The notes: a model not told the origin generated them from the letters alone. A stretch of DNA of 64,000 bases from an uncultured Gemmatimonadales bacterium (GCA_963798845.1 CAWCUS010000003.1:1-64000); one strand, 5' to 3'; positions 17,289 through 27,274 are shown, numbered from the stretch's first letter. Made by a program: numbers and translations.

Positions 17289-19733
17289 ATGCCCTTCCGA
17301 ATCGCGCTGCGCTCTCTGCTACGCCGCCCCGGCTATACGCTCATGGCCGTGTGCGCGCTGGCGCTCGGCGTGGGCGGCACTACGTCCGTGTACGCCCTGG
17401 TCCGGAGCGTCCTCCTGCAGGGGCTCCCGTACCACGACGCGGACCGCCTGGTGGTGCCGGACGCGATCTCGCCGCAGGGTTACGGCATCTCGCTCTCCGT
17501 CCCGTACTACCACGCGTGGCGGGACGGCACCCGGTCGTTCGCGAGCTGGGGCGGCGAAGCCGGGTGGAGCTTCATCCGGCCCACCGACGAAGGGTCGGAG
17601 CTGCTGCAGGCGAGGCTGATACTCGGCGACTTCTTCGGCACGCTGGGCATCCGGCCGCAGCTGGGCCGTGTGTTCGACGCTGCGGAGACGGAACCGGGGG
17701 CCGAGCCGGTCGTGGTGCTGGGGAACGCTTTCTGGCGCTCCACCTTCCAGGCCGACGCCGGCGTGGTGGGGACCCGGCTTGTGACCGACCGTTTCTCGGC
17801 CACCATCATTGGCGTGCTTCCGCCGGGCACGGGTTACCCTGCGGCGGACGTGGAAGCGTACGTTCCCATGGGTGTTCTCGCGGCGGACCTGCCGTGGGAG
17901 GACCGGGAAAGCTCGTTCGGGATGCGCGCCGTGGCCCGGCTGGCGCCGGGCGCGAGCGTGGAAACGGCGCAGAGCGAGCTGGCCGGCGTCGCCAGCGCGC
18001 TCGCGGCGGACGTGGGGCAGCCCGTGGCGACGCCGTTCGTCCACCCGCTGAGCGACCTCTTCCTGGGGGACGTGCGCGCCGGGCTGTGGACGCTCATGAG
18101 CGCCGTGGCGCTCCTGCTCCTGATCGCGTGCGCGAACGTGGCGAACCTGGCGCTTGCCCGGGGTGAAGCCCGGTCCCGGGAGCTGGCGGTGCGCGCCGCT
18201 CTCGGCGCGGGGCGTCGTCGCCTGACGGCGCTGCTGCTCACCGAGAGCCTCGTCCTTGCCATGCTGGGCGGAGCACTGGGCGTGGGCCTGGCCGCGCTCG
18301 TCGCCGGGCCGCTCCCGTCGCTGCTCCCGCTCGACCTCCCGCCGCTGCTGGCCGCCCGTGTCGGGCTGGGCGCGCCGGAGCTGGGCTTCGCGCTGGCAGT
18401 GACGGCGCTGAGCGCTGCGCTGTTCGGGCTGCTTCCGGCGCTCCGGCTAGGGCGGCCGGAACGGCCCGGGCGTCCGGACTCGCCGCTCCGCGGCCACACG
18501 GGTGCCGGTTCGGCGGCGACGGGTGGCCGGGGAGCGCGGCGAGTGCGGGATGGGCTCGTCGTAGTCCAGGTGGCGCTCTCCCTGGTGCTGCTGGTGGGAG
18601 CCGGCCTGCTCACGCGCAGCCTCCAGCGGCTGGTGAACGTGGACAAGGGGTTCGTGGCAGAGGGCGTGGTGAAAGCGAGGCTGCAGCCGCGGCAGGGGAC
18701 GTTCGAGTCGCCCGCGCAGCGGTACGCGTTCTACGACGAGCTGAGCGCGCGGCTCGAAGCGTCGCCGGACGTCACGTCGGCGGCGGCCACGCTGCTGATC
18801 CCGCTGGTGCCGCGGTCGTGGGAGCGCGGGATCCTGCCGGAGAGCCGGCCATGGCGCCCGCCGGAGATGGTGTCCGTGCTCTACGACGTGGTCACGCCCG
18901 GCTATTTCCGGACCATGGGGATCCCGCTGGTGGCCGGGCGCGGCTTCGGCTCCGGAGACAGGGAGGGTTCGCCGCCGGTGGCGGTGATCGACCGGAGCAT
19001 GGCGGACGAGTTCTGGCCGGGGGAGGACCCCGTCGGGAAGCGCGTGAGCTTCGCGGACAACCCGCACGATGCGGGCGAGGAGCCGGAGCCGGATTGGATC
19101 ACGGTGGTCGGCGTGGTGCCCAACGTGCGGCACTACGAGCTCGAGAGCCCGTCGCGCATCGAGATCTACCTGCCAATGCGGCAGGCGCAGCCGCTTGGGC
19201 TGAGCGTGGTGGTGAAGCACGCTCCAGGCGCCGCGGCGGGCGCGGCCAGCCTGCTGCGGCGAACCGTGGCCGCGCTCCAGCCCGGCGTGGCCATCTCCGA
19301 GCTGCGCCCCATGCGCGACGTGGTGGGCGACGCGCTCGGCCCCAACCGCGCGCTGGGCGTCCTCACGCTCCTCTTCGGCTCGTGCGCCGCGCTCCTGGCC
19401 GCGCTGGGGATCTTCGGCGTCCTGTCACTGGCCGTGGCGCGGCGCCGACCCGAGCTCGGCGTTCGCATGGCAGTCGGCGCCACCCCCCGCGACGTGCTGC
19501 GCCTGGTCGCCCGCTACGGCGTGGCGCTGACGGCCACGGGCGCCGCGGTCGGTCTCCTCACTGCGCTGGCCGCCAACCGGCTCATCGCGTCGCTCCTGTT
19601 TCAGGTCCAGCCGTTCGACCCGGTGGTCTACGCCGTGGCCGCGTTGGCGATGCTGACCGTGGCCGCGGCGGCAGCGCTGGCCCCGGCGGCGAAGGCGGCG
19701 AGGACGGACCCGGCCAGGGTGCTGCGGGAGTAG
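17289..19733 (+). CDS. ADOP family duplicated ABC permease (MacB/FtsX-like)
   Basis: LRSLLRRPGYT, LLIACANVANL, RELAVRAALGA, ELGVRMAVGA, ends TDPARVLRE. Confidence 0.92.
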   Translation: MPFRIALRSLLRRPGYTLMAVCALALGVGGTTSVYALVRSVLLQGLPYHDADRLVVPDAISPQGYGISLSVPYYHAWRDGTRSFASWGGEAGWSFIRPTDEGSELLQARLILGDFFGTLGIRPQLGRVFDAAETEPGAEPVVVLGNAFWRSTFQADAGVVGTRLVTDRFSATIIGVLPPGTGYPAADVEAYVPMGVLAADLPWEDRESSFGMRAVARLAPGASVETAQSELAGVASALAADVGQPVATPFVHPLSDLFLGDVRAGLWTLMSAVALLLLIACANVANLALARGEARSRELAVRAALGAGRRRLTALLLTESLVLAMLGGALGVGLAALVAGPLPSLLPLDLPPLLAARVGLGAPELGFALAVTALSAALFGLLPALRLGRPERPGRPDSPLRGHTGAGSAATGGRGARRVRDGLVVVQVALSLVLLVGAGLLTRSLQRLVNVDKGFVAEGVVKARLQPRQGTFESPAQRYAFYDELSARLEASPDVTSAAATLLIPLVPRSWERGILPESRPWRPPEMVSVLYDVVTPGYFRTMGIPLVAGRGFGSGDREGSPPVAVIDRSMADEFWPGEDPVGKRVSFADNPHDAGEEPEPDWITVVGVVPNVRHYELESPSRIEIYLPMRQAQPLGLSVVVKHAPGAAAGAASLLRRTVAALQPGVAISELRPMRDVVGDALGPNRALGVLTLLFGSCAALLAALGIFGVLSLAVARRRPELGVRMAVGATPRDVLRLVARYGVALTATGAAVGLLTALAANRLIASLLFQVQPFDPVVYAVAALAMLTVAAAAALAPAAKAARTDPARVLRE

Positions 19734-19771
19734 GCCGCGGGCGGGACCGGCTGCGGGTCCGGCGGTGAAGG

Positions 19772-20278
19772 TCAGGCCGTCGCCCGCTCGTCCTCCGCGC
19801 CCGCGCCTTCCGCCATCCGTCGCCCCGCCAGCTCCACGGCGTCGAGGATCTTGGTGTAGCCGGTGCAGCGGCAGAGATTGCCCGACAGCGCGGCCCGGAT
19901 CTCGTCGCGGGTGGGCGAGGTGGTGCGCGCGAGGAGCGCCGTGGCGGACATGAGGATGCCGGGCGTGCAGAAGCCGCACTGCGCGGCCCCCATCTCGCCG
20001 AACGCCTGCTGGAGCGGGTGCAGACCGTCCGGCCCCGCCAGCCCCTCTACGGTGGTGACTTCGTGCCCTTCCGCTTCCAGCGCCGGCGTGATGCAGGAGA
20101 GCGTCGGCCGGCCGTCCACGAGGACCGTGCAGGCCCCGCAGTCCCCCTTGTCGCACCCCTGCTTGGAGCCCGTGTAGCCGAGCCCGTAGCGGAGCGCTTC
20201 CAGCAGGGTCCAGTGTGCCGGCACGCCGATCTCGCGGCGGTCGCCGTTCACGCGCAGGGCGAGGGGAATGAACATCAT
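19772..20278 (-). CDS. (2Fe-2S) small subunit of xanthine/CO dehydrogenase family (CoxS-like)
   Basis: GSKQGCDKGDCGACTV, QCGFCTPG, GNLCRCTGY; may start at second Met 20275. Confidence 0.93.
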   Translation of the reverse strand: MMFIPLALRVNGDRREIGVPAHWTLLEALRYGLGYTGSKQGCDKGDCGACTVLVDGRPTLSCITPALEAEGHEVTTVEGLAGPDGLHPLQQAFGEMGAAQCGFCTPGILMSATALLARTTSPTRDEIRAALSGNLCRCTGYTKILDAVELAGRRMAEGAGAEDERATA

Positions 20279-20438
20279 TCTAGACTACCCGCGCGCGTGG
20301 CGAAGGGTCAAGGCGGGCGCTGGAGCGGCGGCCCGGGCATGGTGGACGAAGCCCGGGGCGGCGGCCCGCGGTTTGACGCCCGTCCCATCGGCCGGGCATC
20401 TTCCGGCGCAGCGGAGGGGCGCACATGACGAGTCGGGC

Positions 20439-21062
20439 ATGACATCGCAGGTGGCGGGAGTGGTTCTGGCGGCGGGGCGGTCCACGCGGATGGGCCGCCC
20501 GAAAGCGCTGCTCCGGGTGGGGGGCAAGAGCTTCATCGCGGCGGCGGTGGACGCGCTCCGGAGCGGCGGGTGCGCCATCGTGGTGGCGGTGGTGGGCGGC
20601 GCGGGTGCCGATGGGTGGGACGCGTTCCCGTGGGGGGACCAGGCGAGGGAGGCGGCTGAGGAGGCCGGGGCGATCGTCGTCGTGAACGCGATGGGGGAGT
20701 CGCAGCAGATCCAGTCGTTCCGGCTCGGGCTCGCACTCATGGCGCCGTCGATCACGGCCGCGCTGGCGCTGCCGGTGGATCATCCGCTGGTGAGGTCCAG
20801 CACGGTGCGAGCGCTCCTCGAGGCCCACGAAGCCGACAATGCCGCCATCCTCCGCCCGACCCACGACGGGCGCCCCGGGCACCCGACGCTGTTCCCCCGC
20901 TGGACGTGGGAGCTGCTGGGCGACCCGACGCTCCCGGCCGGCGCCCGCTCGCTGGTGGAGTCATCGCGCACGCACACGGTGGACGTGCCCGTGGAAGATC
21001 TGGGCGTGCTGGCTGATATCGACACCCCCGAAGCCTATGACGAGTGGGTGGAGGGCCGATGA
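20439..21062 (+). CDS. mocA: Molybdenum cofactor cytidylyltransferase-like nucleotidyltransferase
   Basis: VVLAAGRSTRMGRPKALL, PVDHP, GHPTLF, DIDTPEAY. Confidence 0.82.
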   Translation: MTSQVAGVVLAAGRSTRMGRPKALLRVGGKSFIAAAVDALRSGGCAIVVAVVGGAGADGWDAFPWGDQAREAAEEAGAIVVVNAMGESQQIQSFRLGLALMAPSITAALALPVDHPLVRSSTVRALLEAHEADNAAILRPTHDGRPGHPTLFPRWTWELLGDPTLPAGARSLVESSRTHTVDVPVEDLGVLADIDTPEAYDEWVEGR

Positions 21063-21856
21063 CCACGGTCCGGCGCGTCGGCATCCTGGAAGCCGCCCGA
21101 GCCGCGCTCGCGGCTCGCGAGGGCGGCCCGGCCGTGGTGGTTGCGTGGCGCCTCGATCCGGATGGCGACGGTCGCCGCTTCCTGGTTCGACTCGAGGACG
21201 CCGGCGACGAGCCAGCGGGCGCCGACGACGCCGGCGCCGCCGCCTCGCTCGCCGCCGACCTGCTCTCTTCCGGCCGGGCGGCGGGCACGGTGGTTCTGGA
21301 AGACGGCACCCGGCTCTACGGGGAGCTGCATCGGTCCACGGCGCGGCTCTTCGTGGTCGGCGCGGGCCACATCGGGCTGGCGCTGGCGCGGCTTGCGGTC
21401 ACGCTCGGCTTCGAGGTCGTCGTGCTGGACGATCGCGAGGAGTTCGCCACGGAGGAGCGCTTCCCGGACGCGTCCGACGTGCGCCGCGTCGATTTCTCGG
21501 ATCCCTTCCGCCAGGTGCCGCCGAGCCCGTCCGACTTCGTGGTGCTGGCCACGCGGGCACACCGCTACGACTACGATTGCCTCCTCCATCTCGTGGACAC
21601 GGACGCCCTCCCCCGCTACATCGGCATGGTGGGGAGCCGGCGGCGGGCGCGCGCTGCGTTCAGCGCGCTGGTGGAGGCGGGGATCCCGCGCGAGCGGCTC
21701 GCGGCCGTCCACACGCCCATCGGCGTGGACATCGGCGCCGAGACGCCCGAGGAGATCGCGCTCTCCATTTCCGCGGAGCTGGTGGCGGCAAGGCGAGGAG
21801 TGGAGGCGCGCGGGTCGCTCCGGGATGTCGAGAAGGTGGTGGAGCGGTGGCTCTGA
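21059..21856 (+). CDS. xdhC: XdhC family protein, Rossmann (C-terminal) domain
   Basis: VVGAGHIG, LDDREEF, YIGMVGSRRR, TPIGVDIGAETPEEIALSI; ATGA overlap. Confidence 0.88.
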   Translation: MTTVRRVGILEAARAALAAREGGPAVVVAWRLDPDGDGRRFLVRLEDAGDEPAGADDAGAAASLAADLLSSGRAAGTVVLEDGTRLYGELHRSTARLFVVGAGHIGLALARLAVTLGFEVVVLDDREEFATEERFPDASDVRRVDFSDPFRQVPPSPSDFVVLATRAHRYDYDCLLHLVDTDALPRYIGMVGSRRRARAAFSALVEAGIPRERLAAVHTPIGVDIGAETPEEIALSISAELVAARRGVEARGSLRDVEKVVERWL

Positions 21857-21926
21857 CCAACCGGAGACGCCGAGCGCGCGCGAGATCGGTTCTCGGGGCG
21901 GCTCGACCCACAGGACGGAGGACGGG

Positions 21927-22265
21927 ATGACCCACGACCCGGACGTGACGGTCTACGAGGCGTTGCTGTCGGCGGCGGCGTCGGGGAGGCGGGTGGCGCT
22001 GGCCACGGTGGTGGAGACAAAGGGTTCGGTGCCGCGACGCGCGGGAAGCAAGATGGTGGTGGACCCGGAGGCAGGTCTGGTGGGGACGATCGGCGGCGGG
22101 TGCGGGGAGGGGGAGGTGCTGGAGGCGGCCGTCGAGGTGCTGGCCGACGGTCGTCCGCGGGAGGTGCGGGTGCGGCTGACGGACCCGGAGGAGTCGTGGA
22201 GCCCTGCCGTGTGCGGGGGAATCATGCACGTATACGTGGAGCCGGTAGAGCCGGATGTGGCGTAG
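21927..22265 (+). CDS. XdhC/CoxI N-terminal domain protein
   Basis: LATVVETKGSVPRRAGSKM, GTIGGGCGE, VCGG; GGAGG RBS. Confidence 0.88.
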   Translation: MTHDPDVTVYEALLSAAASGRRVALATVVETKGSVPRRAGSKMVVDPEAGLVGTIGGGCGEGEVLEAAVEVLADGRPREVRVRLTDPEESWSPAVCGGIMHVYVEPVEPDVA

Positions 22266-23484
22266 ATACAATGCGTTCCTGGTGCGGCCGCCCGAGCTGA
22301 CGGTGGCGTGGCAGGACACCGAGACGAGCGCGCGCGGATGGCTGGTGATCAGCTCCCTGCGCGGGGGCGCGGCCGGAGGCGGCACGCGCATGCGGCCGGG
22401 CGCGAACCCGCGCGAGGTGGGTTACCTGGCCAAGACCATGGAGCTGAAGTTCGCCCTGGCAGGTCCGCCCATCGGCGGCGCCAAGTCGGCCATCGACTTC
22501 GACCCACGGGACCCGGGCAAGGCGGGCGTGCTGAAGCGCTGGTACACGGCCATCGCGCCATACCTGCGCGAGCGGTACGGCACGGGCGGGGACCTGAACG
22601 TGGACGAGGTCCTGGAAGTGATCCCCTTGATCCAGTCCCTGGGGATCGCGCACCCGCAAGCGGGAATCGTCCGGGGCCATTTCAAGCTGGATGACGGCGC
22701 GTTCGACCGCGTCATCGCCAACCTGGACCGCGGTGTGAAGGCGCCCGCGCACGCGGCGGTGGGGATCGACGGAGTGCCGCGGAGCGTCGCCGACCTGATC
22801 ACCGGTTACGGCGTGGCGCGCTCGGTGATCGAGTACTATCGGCGGCTGGGGAACGCGCTGGACGGCGCTCGCGTGACCCTGGAAGGCTTCGGCAACGTGG
22901 GCGCTGCTGCGGCGCTGTACCTGGCCCGCGAGGGGGCCGTGGTCGCGGGAGTGACGGACGCGGAGAAGGGGCTGTTCCCCGACCGGCCGCTGGACGCGGC
23001 GGGCGTGGAGGCGCTCATCCGCGAGGGGCCGGACCGCCTGCTCCCGGCCGACGACCGCTGCGTGTACGGCGACGCCCGCGAGCAGCTCTTCGACACGCCC
23101 GCCGAGATCTTCGTGTGCGCTGCCGCGTCGGGGACGCTCACCGACGAGCGCCTGCGGCGGCTGTCGTCCTCGGGGGTCACGGTGATGTCGTGCGGGGCCA
23201 ACCAGCCGTTTCGCGAGCGGCAGTTCGGGTCGACCCGCGTACACCGCATCGCGGACAGCCGCTTTGCCCTCATTCCCGACTTCCTGGCGAACCTGGGCAT
23301 GGCCCGCACGTTCAGCTATCTCATGGAGCCGGACGCGAACGCGGGCTCGAAGGCTGTATTCGCCGCCGTCAATGACAGCATTGCCACGGGCGTGGACGAG
23401 ATGCTGTCGCGGGCAGCTCGCCCGGACCGCGGCCTCATGTCCGCCACGCTGAGCCTCGCCCTCGACCGTATCGGCGCGGCGTGA
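22255..23484 (+). CDS. Glu/Leu/Phe/Val dehydrogenase family protein
   Basis: GGGTRM, MELKF, GGAKS, TGYGV, EGFGNVG, GAN, PDFLAN. Confidence 0.9.
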   Translation: MWRRYNAFLVRPPELTVAWQDTETSARGWLVISSLRGGAAGGGTRMRPGANPREVGYLAKTMELKFALAGPPIGGAKSAIDFDPRDPGKAGVLKRWYTAIAPYLRERYGTGGDLNVDEVLEVIPLIQSLGIAHPQAGIVRGHFKLDDGAFDRVIANLDRGVKAPAHAAVGIDGVPRSVADLITGYGVARSVIEYYRRLGNALDGARVTLEGFGNVGAAAALYLAREGAVVAGVTDAEKGLFPDRPLDAAGVEALIREGPDRLLPADDRCVYGDAREQLFDTPAEIFVCAAASGTLTDERLRRLSSSGVTVMSCGANQPFRERQFGSTRVHRIADSRFALIPDFLANLGMARTFSYLMEPDANAGSKAVFAAVNDSIATGVDEMLSRAARPDRGLMSATLSLALDRIGAA

Positions 23485-23575
23485 GCGACACGGCCGGCGG
23501 CCGCTGCAAGCGGACGCGCGCCTCGCGCGGCGCTGGCCGTCGCCGGGTGCGGGCGGGACCGGCCGAGGCAGCCGT

Positions 23576-24637
23576 TTGATCACGACGCTCATGGTGGGGA
23601 CGCGGCGCGGCCTCTTCCTCGCCGCGTCCGACGACCGGCGGGAGTGGTCGATCGAGGGTCCGTTCCTCGAAGGGCGCGAGGTCTACCACGCCATCCGGGA
23701 CCGGCGCACGGGCGTGTGCTGGGCGGCCACCGACCACAGGGTCTGGGGGCCGCACGTGCACCGTAGCGACGATGGCGGCCGCAGCTGGGAGGTCCTGGAT
23801 GCGGCGCCCCACCACGCCGACGGCCGCGGGCTGAAGGCGATCTGGTTCCTGGCCCCCGGGCCGCCCGGCGAGCTCGACGTGCTGTGGGCCGGAATCGAGC
23901 CCGCGGGGCTGTTCGTGACGCGGGATGGCGGCGCGAGCTGGACGGGCGTGTCGTCGCTGAACGACCATCCGACACGCGACACGTGGCAGCCGGCGGGAGG
24001 CGGTCTGGCGCTGGGCAACATCCAGCACGACCCCTCGGACCCGCGGCGCATGTACTGCTCTCTCTCCGCGGGCGGCGTCTACCGCTCCGACGACGCCGCC
24101 GCCAGCTGGAACGCGGTGAACCACGGCGTGCGCTGCGACTTCCAGCCGCGCCAGTACCCGGAGGCCGGGCAGTGCGTGCACCGGCTGCGCGTCCACCCCG
24201 CCATGCCGGAGCGTCTCTACCAGCAGAACCACTGCGGCGTCTACCGCTCCGATGACCGGGGGGAGAGCTGGGTCGAGATCACGGACGGGCTTCCCAGCGA
24301 CTTCGGCTACGGGCTCGCGATAGACCCTCGCGATCCCGACACCGCGTTCGTCATCCCGGAGGAGTCGAGCCACATGCGGGCGACCGTCGGCGGGATGCTC
24401 CGGGTCTACCGCACCACCGACGCCGGCGCCACGTGGGCGGCCATGACCGCCGGGCTTCCGCAGGCGCACGCATACGTCTCCGTCCTCCGCGACGCCATGA
24501 CCGACGACGAGGCGGAGCCCGCAGGGATCTACTTCGGCACGACCACAGGCCACCTCTTCGCGAGCCGCTCCCGCGGCGAGTCGTGGAGCATGATCACGGG
24601 ATTCCTGCCGAAGATCCTGAGCGTCACGGTGGGTTGA
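23576..24637 (+). CDS. BNR/Asp-box repeat beta-propeller protein (sialidase-like)
   Basis: Repeated SDDGGRSW/TRDGGASW/SDDRGESW Asp-boxes; YQQNHCGVYRS; TTG start. Confidence 0.85.
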   Translation: MITTLMVGTRRGLFLAASDDRREWSIEGPFLEGREVYHAIRDRRTGVCWAATDHRVWGPHVHRSDDGGRSWEVLDAAPHHADGRGLKAIWFLAPGPPGELDVLWAGIEPAGLFVTRDGGASWTGVSSLNDHPTRDTWQPAGGGLALGNIQHDPSDPRRMYCSLSAGGVYRSDDAAASWNAVNHGVRCDFQPRQYPEAGQCVHRLRVHPAMPERLYQQNHCGVYRSDDRGESWVEITDGLPSDFGYGLAIDPRDPDTAFVIPEESSHMRATVGGMLRVYRTTDAGATWAAMTAGLPQAHAYVSVLRDAMTDDEAEPAGIYFGTTTGHLFASRSRGESWSMITGFLPKILSVTVG

Positions 24638-24727
24638 GCGGGACGGGGACCCGGCGGCGCGAGGCGGCGGGGCTCGCGTGGGCCCGGGGACGGCCGCGGC
24701 GGTCGTCCCCGGGCGCATCGACGTGGG

Positions 24728-24916
24728 CTAGCGGGGCTCTTCGACCTGCTCGAGCTCGTGGATGGCTTTCTGGAGCGCGGCCTTCCGCTCCTTCAGCCCG
24801 TCGCGGTAGTCCTGGCGGTCCGTGTCGCTGATCTCCATGCGAAGGTCCGACAGGGCGTTCCGCAGCGTGTCCACCACGAGCTCGGCCTCCCGCCCCGTGA
24901 GGTCGATCCTGTTCAT
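24728..24916 (-). CDS. Small helical hypothetical protein (62 aa)
   Basis: MNRIDLT...LSDLRMEISDTD..YRDGLK; AAGGAGG RBS, ATGA overlap. Confidence 0.75.
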   Translation of the reverse strand: MNRIDLTGREAELVVDTLRNALSDLRMEISDTDRQDYRDGLKERKAALQKAIHELEQVEEPR

Positions 24917-25344
24917 GGTGCCTCCTTTGTCACGGTCTCCAGGTAGAGGCGCGAGCAGAGGGAGCCGGCCCGGGCGGCGGGCTCCAGCCCTTCCGCCGTG
25001 CCCCACCTGAAATCCACATAGTGCGTGGCCTCGGGGTCACGCCCGATCACGCGCGGAGCACCATGCATTATGCGGGCCTCGTATAGGCGCATCTCCAGCC
25101 GGTAGGCCGCGCGCTCCAGGGCGCCTCCACGCAGGATTGCGCCGGGCTCGACGTCCAGGTCCAGCTTGTCGCGCGCCGCCCGCCGCACCGCATCGTCCCA
25201 CTCCTCCCCGTCGCGCAGGGTGGCGGCCGGGAGTCCCCAGGCCAGCGGGAGGTCCTCGTCGTCGGCCGGACGCCGGATCTGGAGGACGCGGCCGTCGCCG
25301 TCGTGGATGGCCACGGACACCGAGCGTTTGACGGCGCGGCTCAC
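24913..25344 (-). CDS. Nudix-fold protein with degenerate Nudix box
   Basis: RVLQIRR, WGLPAATLRDGEEWDDAVRRAARDKLDL; GTGA overlap. Confidence 0.75.
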   Translation of the reverse strand: MSRAVKRSVSVAIHDGDGRVLQIRRPADDEDLPLAWGLPAATLRDGEEWDDAVRRAARDKLDLDVEPGAILRGGALERAAYRLEMRLYEARIMHGAPRVIGRDPEATHYVDFRWGTAEGLEPAARAGSLCSRLYLETVTKEAP

Positions 25345-25664
25345 GCCCGGGATTCGCGGGGTGGCCAGCCGAAGCGGCGCATGTCCACGCGGCCGATGTC
25401 GTCGAACTCCACCCCTTCCTCTTCCAGCAGCGCGCGCTGGAGCGGCGCGACCATGCCGGAGACCGGGATGGCCACCTCGCCGCGCGCGCTGAGGACGCGC
25501 CACCAGGGCACGTCCAGGTGGTCGGCGAGGGCGCCGAGCGTCGTGCCGACCCCGCGGGCGGCGCCGGGGTATCCGGCCATCTCGGCCACCGCGCCGTAGC
25601 TGGCGACGCAGCCGGTCGGGATCCGGCGCACCGCCTCGTACACGCGCGCAGGGAAATCGGGCAT
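25341..25664 (-). CDS. Alkyltransferase-like (ATL/YbaZ; MGMT family) protein
   Basis: IPTGCVASYGAVA, ARGVG, VPWWRV (no acceptor Cys), QRALLEEEGV. Confidence 0.88.
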   Translation of the reverse strand: MPDFPARVYEAVRRIPTGCVASYGAVAEMAGYPGAARGVGTTLGALADHLDVPWWRVLSARGEVAIPVSGMVAPLQRALLEEEGVEFDDIGRVDMRRFGWPPRESRA

Positions 25665-25729
25665 ATGCGGCTCGCACCCTTTCGATGCGGGTTGTTGTTC
25701 GCCGTGAGGCGCGCCTCCAAGTTAACGCC

Positions 25730-27214
25730 ATGGAAGCAGATTCAAAGGACACGCTGCTGCTGGTCCGCATGGCGGGCGAGCTGTTCATAAAGTCGCCCCG
25801 GACGCGCGCCGCCTTTTTCCGCCGCCTGCGCCGCAACCTGGACGACGCCCTGGGCGAGCTGGACCCGCCGGGGACGCTCGAGACGGGGTGGGACCGCCTG
25901 TATGTGCGCGCGCACGGCGAGTCCGTGCGCGCATCCGTGGGCCGCGTCTTCGGAATCAGCTCCTTCAGCCCGATCGACGCGGTGGTCGAGGCCACCATCC
26001 CCGCCATCCTCGGCGCGGGCGTGGCCGCGTACACGGAGCGGGTGCGTGGGCGCACGTTCGCCGTGCGGGCACGCCGCGCGGGGACACACCCGTTCTCCTC
26101 GCACGACGTCCAGGTCGAGCTCGGCTCGCGGCTGCTGGATGCTTCCGCCGGCGTGAACCTCGATGCCCCCGACGTCACGGTGCACGTGGAAGTGCGCGAC
26201 GACCGCGCCTACCTGTTCTCGGAAGTCGTGCCTGGCCCCGGCGGGCTGCCGCTGGGCGTGGAGGGGCGCGCGGTCACGCTGCTCTCGGGCGGCTACGACT
26301 CGGCCGTCGCCTCGTGGCTCATGCTGAAGCGCGGGATCGCACAGGACTACGTTTTCTGCAACCTGGGAGGGGACGCCTACGAGCGCGCGGTGGTGCAGGT
26401 GGGGAAGCTGCTGGCGGACCAGTGGAGCCACGGCACGCGGCCCCGCCTCCACGTCATCGACTTCGCCGGCCCGCTGGCGGAGCTCCGCTCGAAGGCGAGG
26501 GAGAGCTACTGGCAGGTGGTGCTGAAACGGCTCATGTACCGCGCCGCCTCGATCGTGGGCGAGGAGCGAGACGCGGACGCCATCATCACCGGGGAGGCCG
26601 TCGGCCAGGTGTCGTCTCAGACGCTCGTCAACCTGCGTGCCATCGAGCCGGCAGCGTCGCTCCCGGTGTTTCGACCGCTGCTCGGGTTCGACAAGGAGGA
26701 GATCATCGAGCGCGCCCGCGCCATCGGCACCGCAGGGCTGTCGGAGCAGGTGAAGGAATACTGCGCGATCGCCCCCGGAAAGCCGGTGACTGCAGCGAAG
26801 GTGCTGTCCGTGGACCGGGAGGAGTCGAAGCTGGAGCTGGACGTGGTGGGGCGCGCGGTCGCCGAGCGGAAGGTGCTGAACCTGCGCGCGCTCACGGCCA
26901 CGGACCTGGTTGCGCCGTACCTCTTCACGGACGACATCCCGGGCGACGCCATCGTCCTGGACTGCCGCCCCGAGGCCCACTACCGCGCCTGGCACCTCCC
27001 CGGCGCCGAGCGCCGCGACGAATGGGAGCTTCTGCAGAAGTTCAGGCGCCTGGACAGGGACCGCCGCTACGTCCTCTACTGCACGCACGGGATGCAGACG
27101 GCGCACATCGCGGAGAAGATGCAGCGTGCCGGGTACGAGGCGTACTCCTTCCGCGGCGGCGCGGGCGCGGTGCGAAGGTGGGCCGAAGCCCGGGGCCTGC
27201 GCGACGGCGGTTGA
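25730..27214 (+). CDS. thiI: tRNA 4-thiouridine synthase with C-terminal rhodanese domain
   Basis: GELFIKS, THUMP domain, GGLPLG, LLSGGYDS PP-loop, GQVSSQT, EYC, rhodanese LYCTHG. Confidence 0.93.
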   Translation: MEADSKDTLLLVRMAGELFIKSPRTRAAFFRRLRRNLDDALGELDPPGTLETGWDRLYVRAHGESVRASVGRVFGISSFSPIDAVVEATIPAILGAGVAAYTERVRGRTFAVRARRAGTHPFSSHDVQVELGSRLLDASAGVNLDAPDVTVHVEVRDDRAYLFSEVVPGPGGLPLGVEGRAVTLLSGGYDSAVASWLMLKRGIAQDYVFCNLGGDAYERAVVQVGKLLADQWSHGTRPRLHVIDFAGPLAELRSKARESYWQVVLKRLMYRAASIVGEERDADAIITGEAVGQVSSQTLVNLRAIEPAASLPVFRPLLGFDKEEIIERARAIGTAGLSEQVKEYCAIAPGKPVTAAKVLSVDREESKLELDVVGRAVAERKVLNLRALTATDLVAPYLFTDDIPGDAIVLDCRPEAHYRAWHLPGAERRDEWELLQKFRRLDRDRRYVLYCTHGMQTAHIAEKMQRAGYEAYSFRGGAGAVRRWAEARGLRDGG

Positions 27215-27274
27215 GGCCGCGCGACTCCGGGCTCCCGCTGGGCCCGCGGAAGCGCCCCGGTGATCCCGAGCCGT

